Source of the DNA: an uncultured Acidobacteriota bacterium
GTDB taxonomy: Bacteria; Acidobacteriota; Thermoanaerobaculia; UBA5066; Gp7-AA6
NCBI GenBank assembly: GCA_963775725.1
Contig: CAVZKA010000001.1
Location: 740,309-804,308 of the forward strand
Direction: 5' to 3'
DNA length: 64,000 nt
In this document: in pieces, positions 8,607 to 17,665 of the stretch
Numbering within the stretch: position 1 is the first letter of the stretch
How the letters are laid out: every line of letters starts with the position of its first letter
Notes under the pieces: generated by a model
The model's database searches: none
The model's input: only the letters and a program-made list of their open reading frames with translations
Told to the model about the DNA's origin: nothing
Program-made: the position numbers and the translations under genes

Positions 8607-9219
8607 CGCCCGAGGCCACGAGGGCCTCGATGAACTTGAAGCCGGGGTCGATGACGGACACGTCGTTGAAGGTCGCTACGACCGGCGGCGCGCTGACCTG
8701 GCGCCGCCAGTGGATCTGCACGGCGCCGAGACCCGCGTTGGCGTTGAGGGTGGCCCGCACCTGGTGAAACAGGTTCTCGCCGAGGTTGGCGTCGAAATGC
8801 CGGAACACGTAGGAAAACGGCGCCGTGCAGACCACGTCGTAGCCGGTGTCGTAGTCCGCGACGACGTTCGAGCCGGCGACTTCGTCTTCGCCGGTGAACT
8901 GGCCGCTGGCGGGAAGCAGGACCCGGTTGATCGCCGCGACCACCAGCGAGAACGGGTCCGGATCGTTGGCGTAGACGCAGACCTGGAAGATCTCCGCTCC
9001 GTCGGGAAGCTCGAGCGGCGCGACGTACAGCGCCGTCCCGTAGATGTACCCGCTGCCGTAGTTCGTGATCGCCCCGCTGACCAGCGGGCGAAAGGCGGCC
9101 GAGCTGAGCGTGAGGACCTGGTCTCCGAGGCCGTAGGCCTGCGACCGGGCGCTCGACGCGGCGGCGAGGGCGGCGAGGGCGAAGAGCGAAACGAGAAGCG
9201 CACGGCGGCGGGAGGGCAT
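8500..9219 (-). CDS. Secreted protein with an SLH-like C-terminal domain (paralog B)
   Basis: Start set at MPSRRRALLVSLFALAALAAASSARSQA (signal peptide), with AAGGAG ~7 nt upstream. The C-terminus TFNDVSVIDPGFKFIEALVASGVTAGCGGGNYCPDAPLTRRQMAVFLAKALGM is nearly identical in pattern to 2672..3385. Confidence 0.6.
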   Translation of the reverse strand: MPSRRRALLVSLFALAALAAASSARSQAYGLGDQVLTLSSAAFRPLVSGAITNYGSGYIYGTALYVAPLELPDGAEIFQVCVYANDPDPFSLVVAAINRVLLPASGQFTGEDEVAGSNVVADYDTGYDVVCTAPFSYVFRHFDANLGENLFHQVRATLNANAGLGAVQIHWRRQVSAPPVVATFNDVSVIDPGFKFIEALVASGVTAGCGGGNYCPDAPLTRRQMAVFLAKALGMHWTN

Positions 9220-9317
9220 GGAGGGCTCCTTTCCAGCCCATTGTGCGCCGGCCGGGGGCACGGCAGTTGTGATCTGTAGCTCTTGGGCGCCGGGTTTTTC
9301 GCCGGGAGGCCCTCCCC

Positions 9318-9716
9318 CTAGCGACCGGGCTCGGGAACGAGCGTCGGCTTGGACCGGGCCGATCCGGAGGCGCGCAGGCGCTGAAATTCCGACTCGAGCT
9401 GGCTAATCTCGGCTTCGGTCATTCCTTCGAGGCTGATCAATCCGTTGCGCGCGCCCTTCTGCGCGCGGATCAGCTCGTCGAGTTTCAGGGGCATCGCCTT
9501 GGAGTCCCGGTTCTGCGCGTTCTGGACGAGAAAGATCATCAGGAACGTCGCCACCGTCGTCCCGGTGTTGATCACGAGCTGCCAGGTCTCCGAGTAATGA
9601 AAGAACGGGCCCGAGACAGCCCAAACGACGCAGAGCAGGGTCGCGGCCGCAAAGGCCCAGGGGGAGCCCATCGCCGTGGACGCGCGATGGGCGATCTTGC
9701 GGAAGAAGTCGTTCAT
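9318..9716 (-). CDS. Small membrane protein of the low-affinity iron permease (Fet4-like) family
   Basis: C-terminal 132 aa of track ORF 9318..11003, starting MNDFFRKIAH with GGAGAAA upstream. The motif QLVINTGTTVATFLMIFLVQNAQNRDSKAMPLKLDELI is characteristic of the family. The rest of the long ORF is antisense to the FAD monooxygenase gene. Confidence 0.55.
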   Translation of the reverse strand: MNDFFRKIAHRASTAMGSPWAFAAATLLCVVWAVSGPFFHYSETWQLVINTGTTVATFLMIFLVQNAQNRDSKAMPLKLDELIRAQKGARNGLISLEGMTEAEISQLESEFQRLRASGSARSKPTLVPEPGR

Positions 9717-9878
9717 GTCTGCTATTTCTCCCCGGACTCCGCATTTGCAGTTTTCGTGCCGTAGCTGGCCGGGGTTGTGCAGAGGCCCGGTGGCGACCGG
9801 AGAATGATCGAGTCCATGCGCGGCGACTCCTACGGGGCGGCGTACCAGATCAGGAGGTTTTTTGATAAAGAAAGCGCC

Positions 9879-11345
9879 ATGGCGGGCGGCGCTGGAGACA
9901 CCGATGTCCTGATCGTCGGCGCGGGGCCGGTCGGGCTCTTCCTCGCCAACGAGTGCGCGCGCCGCGGCCTTCGATACCGGATCGTCGAGACGCACGCGAC
10001 GCAATCGGAGCACTCCAAGGCGCTCGCCATCTTTCCGCGGACCCTCGAGATCTTCGACATGGCGGGCGTCGCCGGTCCGTTCCTCGAAAAAGCGAACCGC
10101 GCGACGCGTGTCGCCATCGTGGCGCACCAGCGCGGCCTCGCGCACATCCGGTTCGCGCCGGAGGAGACCCCCTACCGCTTCATCGCCATGGTTCCCCAGG
10201 ACGTCACCGAGAAGCTCCTCGCCGCAGAGCTGGGCCGTCGGGGCGGCGGCGTCGAGTACGAGACCGCGTTCGTGTCGGCGGTCGAGCGCGATGGCCGCGT
10301 GAGCGCCGTGCTCGATCACGGGGGCCGGCGCGAGGAGCTCACCGCCGCGTTCGTGGTCGGCTGCGACGGCGCGCACAGCACGATACGGCACCTCCTGAGC
10401 CTGCCGTTCGAGGGTGCCGCGTACGAAGCCCTGTTCATGCTGGCCGACATCCAGACCAACGAGGCCCTCCCCGCCGACGAGCTGCAGCTGTGCCCGAGCG
10501 AGCACGGTCCCGCCGCCATCTTTCCCATGAGCGCGACGCGGCGGCGCGTCGTCGCGACGGTCGATGCCGCCGAGGGCGACGCGCCCTCGCTCGAGCTCGT
10601 GCGCAGAGTCCTGGCCGAGCGCGGGCCCGCGGGAGTCGAAGCGCGGGCCCTCCACTGGAGCAGCTACTTCCGCATTCATCACCGGCGCGCCGGGCAGCTG
10701 CGCGTCGGGCGGATGTTCATCGCCGGCGACGCCGCGCACATCCACAGCCCGTTCGGAGGCCAGGGGATGAACACCGGGCTGCACGACGCCTGGAACCTCG
10801 CCTGGAAGCTCGACCTCGCGCTGCGCGGCCGGGGCAACGAGACGCTGCTCGGCAGCTACGCCGCCGAGCGTCTTCCGGTGATTCGCCACGTCATCGAGAC
10901 GACGCATCGCCTGACGAAGGCGATGGGGACGGCGAGCCGGCTGGCGCAAACCGTGCGCGACGCCGTGATCCCCGTCGTGTCCCGCCTGTCGCCCTTTCAG
11001 CACGCCTTCGTGCAGACGCTCTCGGGCCTGGGGATCGCCTATCGCGGAAGCCCGATCGTCGAGGGGTCCGGCGAGCGGTACTTCGACGACGGGCTGCGCG
11101 GCGGAGCGGGCATTCGGAGCCGGTTTCTGCTCGTCGTCGGCGACGCGGCGGATCCGGGCCCCGGGGCGCGGCAGGCCGCGGCGCGGCTGGCCGGGTCGCT
11201 TCCCGACGTCGTCGAGGTCCGGCCGGGCCCGGGCTCCGGGATCCGGCTCGTCCGGCCCGACGGATACCTGGCGTATTCCGCGCCCGACGCGGACGCAAGC
11301 AGCGTGAACGCCGTGCGTTCACTTCTGGAGCGGCAGACGAAGTAG
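9879..11345 (+). CDS. FAD-dependent aromatic-ring monooxygenase (PheA/TfdB/UbiH family)
   Basis: Trimmed to MAGGAGDTDVLIVGAGPVGLFLANECARRG, the dinucleotide-binding GxGxxG motif. The second FAD motif GRMFIAGDAAHIHSPFGGQGMNTGLHDAWNLAWKL is present. ~490 aa. Confidence 0.8.
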   Translation: MAGGAGDTDVLIVGAGPVGLFLANECARRGLRYRIVETHATQSEHSKALAIFPRTLEIFDMAGVAGPFLEKANRATRVAIVAHQRGLAHIRFAPEETPYRFIAMVPQDVTEKLLAAELGRRGGGVEYETAFVSAVERDGRVSAVLDHGGRREELTAAFVVGCDGAHSTIRHLLSLPFEGAAYEALFMLADIQTNEALPADELQLCPSEHGPAAIFPMSATRRRVVATVDAAEGDAPSLELVRRVLAERGPAGVEARALHWSSYFRIHHRRAGQLRVGRMFIAGDAAHIHSPFGGQGMNTGLHDAWNLAWKLDLALRGRGNETLLGSYAAERLPVIRHVIETTHRLTKAMGTASRLAQTVRDAVIPVVSRLSPFQHAFVQTLSGLGIAYRGSPIVEGSGERYFDDGLRGGAGIRSRFLLVVGDAADPGPGARQAAARLAGSLPDVVEVRPGPGSGIRLVRPDGYLAYSAPDADASSVNAVRSLLERQTK

Positions 11346-11448
11346 AAGGAGCGAAACCGATGCGTTTCTTCAGGCTCGCTCTCGTCGCTGCATTGGTGCT
11401 CGCGCCCGGGCGACTGCTGCTGGCGCAGGCCCGGGGAAAAGGGGTCCC

Positions 11449-12306
11449 GTGACCGCGTACCGCACGATCCAGATCGATGGCCTGTCCATCTTCTACAGGG
11501 AGGCGGGCCCGAAGGACGCGCCGACGATCCTCCTGCTGCACGGCCTGCCGAGCGCCTCGCGGCAGTTCGAGCCGCTCTTGACGCGCCTCTCGGACCACTA
11601 TCACCTCGTCGCCCCCGACTTCCCGGGCTTCGGGCACAGCGACTGGCCGGATCCGAAGAAGTTCGCGTATACCTTCGACCACATCGCCGAGATCATGAAT
11701 CGCTTCACCGAGGCGCTCGGACTGAAGCGCTCCACGCTGTACATGCACGACTACGGCGGTCCGGTGGGCTTTCGGATGGCGCTCGCGCATCCCGACCGGG
11801 TGGAGGCGCTGATCGTCCAGGATGCCGTGGCGCACGACGAGGGCTTGGGCCCGAACTGGAAGGCCCGGCGAGCCTTCTGGGCCGATCGCGCCGCCAACGA
11901 AGCCCTGCTGCGCACGAACCTCCTGTCGCTCGCGGCGACGAAGACCCGCCACGTCGGCAGCGACCCCAACGTCGAGCGCTACGACCCGGATCTCTGGACC
12001 GACGAGTTCGCGTTCCTGAGCCAGCCCGCGCAGGGCGACATCCAGGCCGACCTCTTCTACGACTACCGCACGAACGTGGAGGCTTACCCGAAGTGGCAGG
12101 CCTGGATGCGAGAGAAGCAGCCGCGGCTGCTCGTCCTCTGGGGCAGGTACGACCTCTCCTTCGAGCTGACGGAACCGGAGGCCTACCGGAGAGACGTGCC
12201 GAAGGCAGAGGTCCACGTGCTCGACGCGGGACATTTCGCGCTCGACGTGGCGCCGGACGAGATCGCGGAGATCGTCCGCGCGTTCATGCAGGGCGGCGCG
12301 CGGTGA
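11449..12306 (+). CDS. Alpha/beta hydrolase (epoxide-hydrolase/haloalkane-dehalogenase-like)
   Basis: GTG start. LLLHGLPSASRQFEPL matches the HG oxyanion motif, and YMHDYGGPVG is the nucleophile elbow with Asp in place of Ser. The C-terminal HFALD supplies the catalytic His. Confidence 0.8.
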   Translation: MTAYRTIQIDGLSIFYREAGPKDAPTILLLHGLPSASRQFEPLLTRLSDHYHLVAPDFPGFGHSDWPDPKKFAYTFDHIAEIMNRFTEALGLKRSTLYMHDYGGPVGFRMALAHPDRVEALIVQDAVAHDEGLGPNWKARRAFWADRAANEALLRTNLLSLAATKTRHVGSDPNVERYDPDLWTDEFAFLSQPAQGDIQADLFYDYRTNVEAYPKWQAWMREKQPRLLVLWGRYDLSFELTEPEAYRRDVPKAEVHVLDAGHFALDVAPDEIAEIVRAFMQGGAR

Positions 12307-12319
12307 AGGCGGAGGGGAG

Positions 12320-12898
12320 CTAGGGCCTCGGCGCCGGATCGCCGAGGCCGAGCTCGCTGCGCAGCGCGTCGACGTCGGCTTTCATCACGTAGTAGTCCAT
12401 GTTGACCCACAGCTCGCTGTGGTGGAAGCCGCCGTCCTTCATCTCGAGGACGGCCTTCTGCTTGCTCCAGCCCTGGACGACGACGCGGTAGAGAGCGACG
12501 AGCGCGCCCGTCCGATCCGCTCCCTGCCTGCAGTGGACCATCAGCGGGCGATTGGCAGGATCGGTCATGACACGCAGCGCCCGGAGGACGCGGTCGTCGT
12601 GGAGGCCCAGGGCGCTCATCTTGATCTGCACGAGCTTGAGCGAGCCGTCGGGGACGAGCGCCGCGTCGCCCTTGCCGCCCGCGAGATCGAGCACGGTCCG
12701 GACGCCGAGAGCCTGGAGCTCCTGGAAGCCGGCGGCCGTCGGCTGCGAGCCGCGGTAGAGGCCCTCCTCGACCCTGTAGAGGTTCTGGATGCTGGTGCCC
12801 TCCACCGGGGTTGCCCAGTCGGCCGGTCGCTGCGCCGGCTCGGCGGCGCTCGCGGCTCCGGCGCGGAGCGCGAGAGCGCGAGAACCGGGATCGCCCAC
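12320..12898 (-). CDS. Dual-specificity / tyrosine phosphatase family protein (CX5R)
   Basis: The active-site loop VHCRQGADRTG is an HCxxGxxR(S/T) motif. A possible N-terminal signal-like segment is present. The start is ambiguous: a GTG at 12898 versus an out-of-frame ATG (MKKW) at ~12906. Confidence 0.6.
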   Translation of the reverse strand: MGDPGSRALALRAGAASAAEPAQRPADWATPVEGTSIQNLYRVEEGLYRGSQPTAAGFQELQALGVRTVLDLAGGKGDAALVPDGSLKLVQIKMSALGLHDDRVLRALRVMTDPANRPLMVHCRQGADRTGALVALYRVVVQGWSKQKAVLEMKDGGFHHSELWVNMDYYVMKADVDALRSELGLGDPAPRP

Positions 12899-13107
12899 TT
12901 CTTCATGCAGGTGGAGGAACGCGCTGCGGGCGACGATTCTTCCAACGCCTTCGGCCGGGCGCAGACTCCATCGCGAGCGAATTGCGACTCCGTGTCCCGC
13001 GTCAGGAGGCGTCCATGACTTCGAGGACGAACGTCCGCATCGCCGGATTTACAAACCTTCCCTCCGCGCCGCCGTAGTCACCTTCAAGACACATGAGGAG
13101 GCTCGCC

Positions 13108-14247
13108 GTGTACCATCGTCTCGCCAGCTGCGCCCTCGCCCTGCTCTGTGCGTCCACGGCTTACCCCCAGACGATTTCCGTTCCCCCCGACTCGCCGCGC
13201 TGGGACCTCCAGGGGAGGGCGGAGGTCGCGGACTACCTCGGTCGCAAGTGCCTCCTTCTCGACGGGGGTGCGGCGGCCCTGAAGGACTTCGAGATGCGCG
13301 ACGCCGTCATCGACGTGGATGTCGCGACGCCCGCCGTCCGCGGCTTCTTCGGCTTCCAGTTCCGGCTGGCGGACGAGGGCGCCAACGGCGAGTGGGTGTA
13401 CCTGCGCCAGCACAAGTCCGGCTACCCGGACGCCATGCAGTACACGCCGATCCTGAACACGGGCGCCAACTGGCAGATCTACAACGGCGAGGGGTTCACG
13501 GGGGCGGTCGACATCCCGAAGGGCGAGTGGTTCCACCTGCGCCTCGTCGTGACGGGGGCGCAGGCGAAGCTCTACGTCAAGGACATGGAGAAGCCAGCAC
13601 TCGTCATGGACGATCTCAAGAGCGGCGTGCAGAAGGGCGAGTTCGCGCTGCACGACCTGATCGGCGCGACGTACTTTTCGAACTTCGAGATCCGGAACAC
13701 GCCCGACACGCCCTGGCAGCGTCGCATGCCCGCGATGCCGGCGGGCACGCTGACGCAGTGGCGGATTTCACCCTCGTACGATGCGCTCGCGCGCAACGTC
13801 GAGCGCCCGCTCTCGAAGGCCGAGGCCGCCGCGATCCAGTGGAAGAGCGTCGAAGCGGAGCCGCCCGGTTTCGTGGTGCTGTATCGGTATCTCCAGGCGC
13901 CGCATCTCAGAGTGACTTTTGCGACCGATTTCACCAGGCGCCTGGAGCCTCAGCCCGGAACCCGGCTCGTCTACGCGCGGACGACGTTCCAGTCCGATCG
14001 CGACCAGGTGAAGAAGCTCGAGATCGGCTACAGCGACGAGGTCAGCGTCTTCCTGAACGGGAAGATCCTCTTCCGCGGAAGGAGCGCGCAGAACTTTCGC
14101 GACCCGGGGTTTCTGGGGATCGTGAACCCGGAAAACGACACGCTCTATCTGCCGCTGAAGAAGGGGAGCAACGAGCTCATACTGGCGGTGAGCGAGCTCG
14201 GCGGCGGATGGGGGTTCATCTGCCGGCTGGGGGACGCTGGCAAGTAG
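13108..14247 (+). CDS. Secreted concanavalin/LamG-like protein (DUF1080 / 3-keto-disaccharide-hydrolase-like)
   Basis: Start moved to the GTG 6 nt downstream of AGGAGG (13096-13101), giving signal peptide (M)YHRLASCALALLCASTAYPQ. The domain pattern EWVYLRQHKSGYPDAMQYTPILNTGANWQIYNGEGF...GEWFHLRLVVTGAQAKLYVKD is typical of DUF1080. Confidence 0.55.
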   Translation: MYHRLASCALALLCASTAYPQTISVPPDSPRWDLQGRAEVADYLGRKCLLLDGGAAALKDFEMRDAVIDVDVATPAVRGFFGFQFRLADEGANGEWVYLRQHKSGYPDAMQYTPILNTGANWQIYNGEGFTGAVDIPKGEWFHLRLVVTGAQAKLYVKDMEKPALVMDDLKSGVQKGEFALHDLIGATYFSNFEIRNTPDTPWQRRMPAMPAGTLTQWRISPSYDALARNVERPLSKAEAAAIQWKSVEAEPPGFVVLYRYLQAPHLRVTFATDFTRRLEPQPGTRLVYARTTFQSDRDQVKKLEIGYSDEVSVFLNGKILFRGRSAQNFRDPGFLGIVNPENDTLYLPLKKGSNELILAVSELGGGWGFICRLGDAGK

Positions 14248-14284
14248 CGCGCGCTCGCAGGCTCCGCGGTAGGCTTCTCGCCGC

Positions 14285-15835
14285 GTGACCGGCTTCGAAT
14301 CGCTCCTCGGCGTCCTGCTCGTCGCCGTCGTCCTCGCCGCGCTCGCGCGAAGGATGGGGGCGCCGTACCCGGCGTTCCTCGCCCTCGGCGGAGCGGTGCT
14401 GGCGTTCGTGCCGGGCGCGCCGAGGTTCACGATCGATCCGGCGGTGGCGCTGGCCCTCTTCGTGGCGCCGGTGCTTCTCGACGCGGCGTACGACGCGTCG
14501 CCGCGGGACCTCCGGGACTACTGGGTCCCGATCACGAGCCTCGCGGTCGTGAGCGTCACGTTGACGACCGCGGCGGTCGCGGTGGTGGCGCGGATGCTCG
14601 TGCCGGAGATTCCGTGGGCGGCGGCGGTCGCGCTCGGTGCGATCGTGTCGCCGCCGGACGCCGCGGCGGCGATGGCGGTGTTGAAGCAGCTGCGCCCTCC
14701 CCACCGGATCCTGACGATCCTCTCGGGCGAGAGCCTCCTGAACGACGCGAGCGCGCTCCTGATCTACCGGCTGGCAGTCGGCGCCGTGGCGATGCGGGCG
14801 TTCTCGCTCCGGGGCCTGGCGCCGACGCTCCTGCTCGTCGTCGTCGGCAGCATCGTCGTCGGGCTGGTGCTCGGCCGGGTGATCCTCAGGCTGACCGGCG
14901 CGCTCGAGGACGTGCCGACGGCGATCATCATCCAGTTCATCACGACCTTCGGCGTCTGGATCCTCGCGGACCGGCTCGGGCTCTCGAGCGTCCTCACGAT
15001 GGTCTGCTTCGCGGTGACCGTCGCGCGGGGTGCGCCCGAGCGCACGCCGGCGCGGGTCCGCCTGCCGTCCTATGCCGTCTGGGACACCGCGGTGTTCCTG
15101 CTGAACGTCCTCGCGTTCGTGTTCATCGGCCTGGAGACCCGTCCGATCCTCGCGGCCCTCGATCCCGACGTGCGCGTGCAGTACATGCGCTTCGCCGGCC
15201 TGATCCTGCTCACGGTGGTCGCCGCGCGGATCTTCTGGGTGCTGCTGCACAACGGTGTCGTCCTGTGGAAGAACCGCGTGCTCGGCCATCGCCCCAAGCG
15301 CCCCGGGCAGCCGCCCCCGACGTTCGCGGGCGGCCTGGTCATCTCGTGGGCGGGGATGCGGGGCATCATCACACTCGCGGCGGCGCTCGCCCTGTCCGAC
15401 GGGTTCCCGTACCGGGACCTCATCGTCCTGACGGCGTTCGCGGTCGTCTTCGGCACGCTCGTCGTCCAGGGGCTGACGCTCAAGCCACTCATCCGCCTGC
15501 TCCGACTCGACGAGGACGATCCCGTCGGCCGCGAGGTGGAAGCCGCACGCGGGCGCGCGCTCGAGGCCGCGCTGTCGGCCGTCGGGAGCGACCATTCTCC
15601 GGCCGGGCAAGCGGTTCGCCTGGAGCTTTCCGCGCACCTCGGCGGGCACGGCCCATCCGGCGGGGAGCCCGGCGCGGCCGGCGCGTCGCACGAAGACGTC
15701 CACCGGCGCGCCCTCGAGGCGGCCCGACGCACCGTCATCGCGATGCGGGATCGGGACGAGATTGGCGACGACGCGTTCCACCGGCTCGAGGAGGAGCTCG
15801 ATCGGGTCGAGGTCGGGATCGCTGCGGGAGGCTGA
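14285..15835 (+). CDS. Na+/H+ antiporter (CPA1/NhaP-type)
   Basis: GTG start. About 12 TM segments. Motifs ILSGESLLNDASALLIYRLAV and VISWAGMRGIITLAAALAL. A hydrophilic C-terminal tail follows. Confidence 0.8.
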   Translation: MTGFESLLGVLLVAVVLAALARRMGAPYPAFLALGGAVLAFVPGAPRFTIDPAVALALFVAPVLLDAAYDASPRDLRDYWVPITSLAVVSVTLTTAAVAVVARMLVPEIPWAAAVALGAIVSPPDAAAAMAVLKQLRPPHRILTILSGESLLNDASALLIYRLAVGAVAMRAFSLRGLAPTLLLVVVGSIVVGLVLGRVILRLTGALEDVPTAIIIQFITTFGVWILADRLGLSSVLTMVCFAVTVARGAPERTPARVRLPSYAVWDTAVFLLNVLAFVFIGLETRPILAALDPDVRVQYMRFAGLILLTVVAARIFWVLLHNGVVLWKNRVLGHRPKRPGQPPPTFAGGLVISWAGMRGIITLAAALALSDGFPYRDLIVLTAFAVVFGTLVVQGLTLKPLIRLLRLDEDDPVGREVEAARGRALEAALSAVGSDHSPAGQAVRLELSAHLGGHGPSGGEPGAAGASHEDVHRRALEAARRTVIAMRDRDEIGDDAFHRLEEELDRVEVGIAAGG

Positions 15836-15904
15836 GAGGCCGGGAGTTCTCGGGTTTGACTGGAGGATCCGGCGGTCATAGCCTCGCAGGCTGGAGGCCG
15901 GAAC

Positions 15905-16357
15905 ATGGCGACGAAGAAATCCGCGAAGACCGCACGGAAGAAGACCGCTCCCCGCAGAAAGGCAGACGGATCGGCGCTGGCCTTGAGCTCGGCGTCGCCG
16001 AGCCTCACGGTGAACAACCTCGAGAAGAGCCTCGCGTTCTACCGCGACGTCCTCGGGTTCAAGGTCGAGCAGACCTGGGACGAGGGGGGCAAGGTCACGG
16101 GGGTGTCGCTGCGCGCCGGCGGCGTGTCGTTCATGATCGGGCAGGACGACTGGAAGAAGGGACGCAAGCGGAGCAAGGGAGTCGGCTTCCGGATGTTCTG
16201 CATGACCAACAAGAACGTCGACGCCATCGCCAGGAGGATCCGGGCGCGGGGCGGCAAGCTGGACGCGGGTCCGCGCGATCAGCCCTGGGGCGTGCGCGAC
16301 ATTTCCCTGACGGATCCCGACGGGTTCAAGATCACGATCGCCGTCGAGAAACGCTGA
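15905..16357 (+). CDS. VOC/glyoxalase-fold protein with a basic N-terminal extension
   Basis: MATKKSAKTARKKTAPRRK precedes a glyoxalase-like fold: LTVNNLEKSLAFYRDVLGFKVEQTWDEGGKVTGVSLRAGGVSFMI...GFKITI. Confidence 0.7.
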   Translation: MATKKSAKTARKKTAPRRKADGSALALSSASPSLTVNNLEKSLAFYRDVLGFKVEQTWDEGGKVTGVSLRAGGVSFMIGQDDWKKGRKRSKGVGFRMFCMTNKNVDAIARRIRARGGKLDAGPRDQPWGVRDISLTDPDGFKITIAVEKR

Positions 16358-16645
16358 CGAGACGATAGGTCGGGGCTCCTCGTGTCCGGCCTGTGCGGGC
16401 GCCTGGTCGATCGCGTACTCCTGCGTCGCCTTCGACCGACGATCCGGGAATCGAGGAACACAGAGCGACCCCGGGGCTCAGGGCATGTCACCGGTCGACG
16501 TTGACGACGTGCCGTGGGGGACGCGCTCCATGAATCGCGGCGGGTCCTCCCACGCGAAAGCCCCACATTCGACCCCTTGCTTACCGAGGGGAGGGTGTCG
16601 TAGACTCCTCTCGGAAACCGATATGAGCCGAGAGAAGGACCGACC

Positions 16646-17329
16646 ATGACTCGCACGACGAACGCCAGGGTCGCGGGCTTCACGTTCTTCATCTATATCG
16701 CCGTTGCGCTCGGCTCGATGGCCCTCTCCGACAGGGCGACCGGCGGGGAGCAGATCGCCGCGAGCCTCGCGAGCATCGCCCGGCATGCGTCCGATCTGCG
16801 CGTGGCGTTCATCCTCGACCTGCTCAGCTGTTTCTGCGCCCTGGTGCTGGCCGTGACGCTGTACGCGATCACGCGCGACCAGGATCCGGACCTCGCGATG
16901 CTGGCCCTGACCTGCCGCGTCGCCGAGGGCGTGATTGGCGGCGTCGATCTGCCGCGAGCACTCGGCCGGCTCTGGCTCGCGACGTCCGCCGGAGCAAGCG
17001 CCCCGGACCCCGCGACGGCGAGCGCTCTCGGCGCCGTGCTGGTGAAGCTGCCGAGCTGGAGCAGCGACGTCGCCGCGATTTTTTTCGCCGTCGGCAGCAC
17101 GCTCTTCGCCTGGCTGCTCCTGCGCGGGCGAATCGTACCGGCTGCGCTGGCGTGGCTGGGCCTGCTCGCCTCGATCCTTGCGGTTGTGGCGCTTCCGCTT
17201 CGGGCCGTGGGGGTCATCGGCGGCTCGATCACGCTGCCCATGTGGCTTCCGATGCTCGCCTACGAGGTGCTGCTCGGTCTGTGGCTGATCGTCAAGGGCG
17301 CGGCCATGCCGTCGCGGAGAGCGCCATGA
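16646..17329 (+). CDS. DUF4386-family membrane protein
   Basis: A polytopic membrane protein sitting immediately upstream of, and translationally coupled to, a PadR regulator (ATGA overlap at 17326-17329). This pairing is common for DUF4386. Confidence 0.55.
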   Translation: MTRTTNARVAGFTFFIYIAVALGSMALSDRATGGEQIAASLASIARHASDLRVAFILDLLSCFCALVLAVTLYAITRDQDPDLAMLALTCRVAEGVIGGVDLPRALGRLWLATSAGASAPDPATASALGAVLVKLPSWSSDVAAIFFAVGSTLFAWLLLRGRIVPAALAWLGLLASILAVVALPLRAVGVIGGSITLPMWLPMLAYEVLLGLWLIVKGAAMPSRRAP

Positions 17330-17661
17330 GCAAACCGGCCGACCTCGTCCAGGGCACCCTGGACCTGCTTCTGCTGAAAATCCTGGCGCTCGAGCCGCTG
17401 CACGGGTGGGCCATCAGCCTTCGCCTGAGGTCGCTTTCCTCCGATGTGCTGCAGGTCAGCGAAGGGTCTCTCTACCCGGCGCTGCACAAGCTCGAGCAGG
17501 AGGGCTGGATCAAGGCCGAGTGGAAGCAGACCGAGAACAACCGGCGCGCAAAGTTCTACTCGCTCACGGCGCTGGGACGAAAAGAGCTCGAATCGGAGGC
17601 GGCGAACTGGAAGCGGCTGTCGACGGCCATCTCGCACGTCGTGCAACTGGCAGAAGCGTAG
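17326..17661 (+). CDS. PadR-family transcriptional regulator
   Basis: Internal Met of track ORF 17152..17661. The sequence LLLLKILALEPLHGWAISLRLRSLSSDVLQVSEGSLYPALHKLEQEGWIKAEW is a canonical PadR winged helix. Confidence 0.8.
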   Translation: MSKPADLVQGTLDLLLLKILALEPLHGWAISLRLRSLSSDVLQVSEGSLYPALHKLEQEGWIKAEWKQTENNRRAKFYSLTALGRKELESEAANWKRLSTAISHVVQLAEA

Positions 17662-17665
17662 GGCC

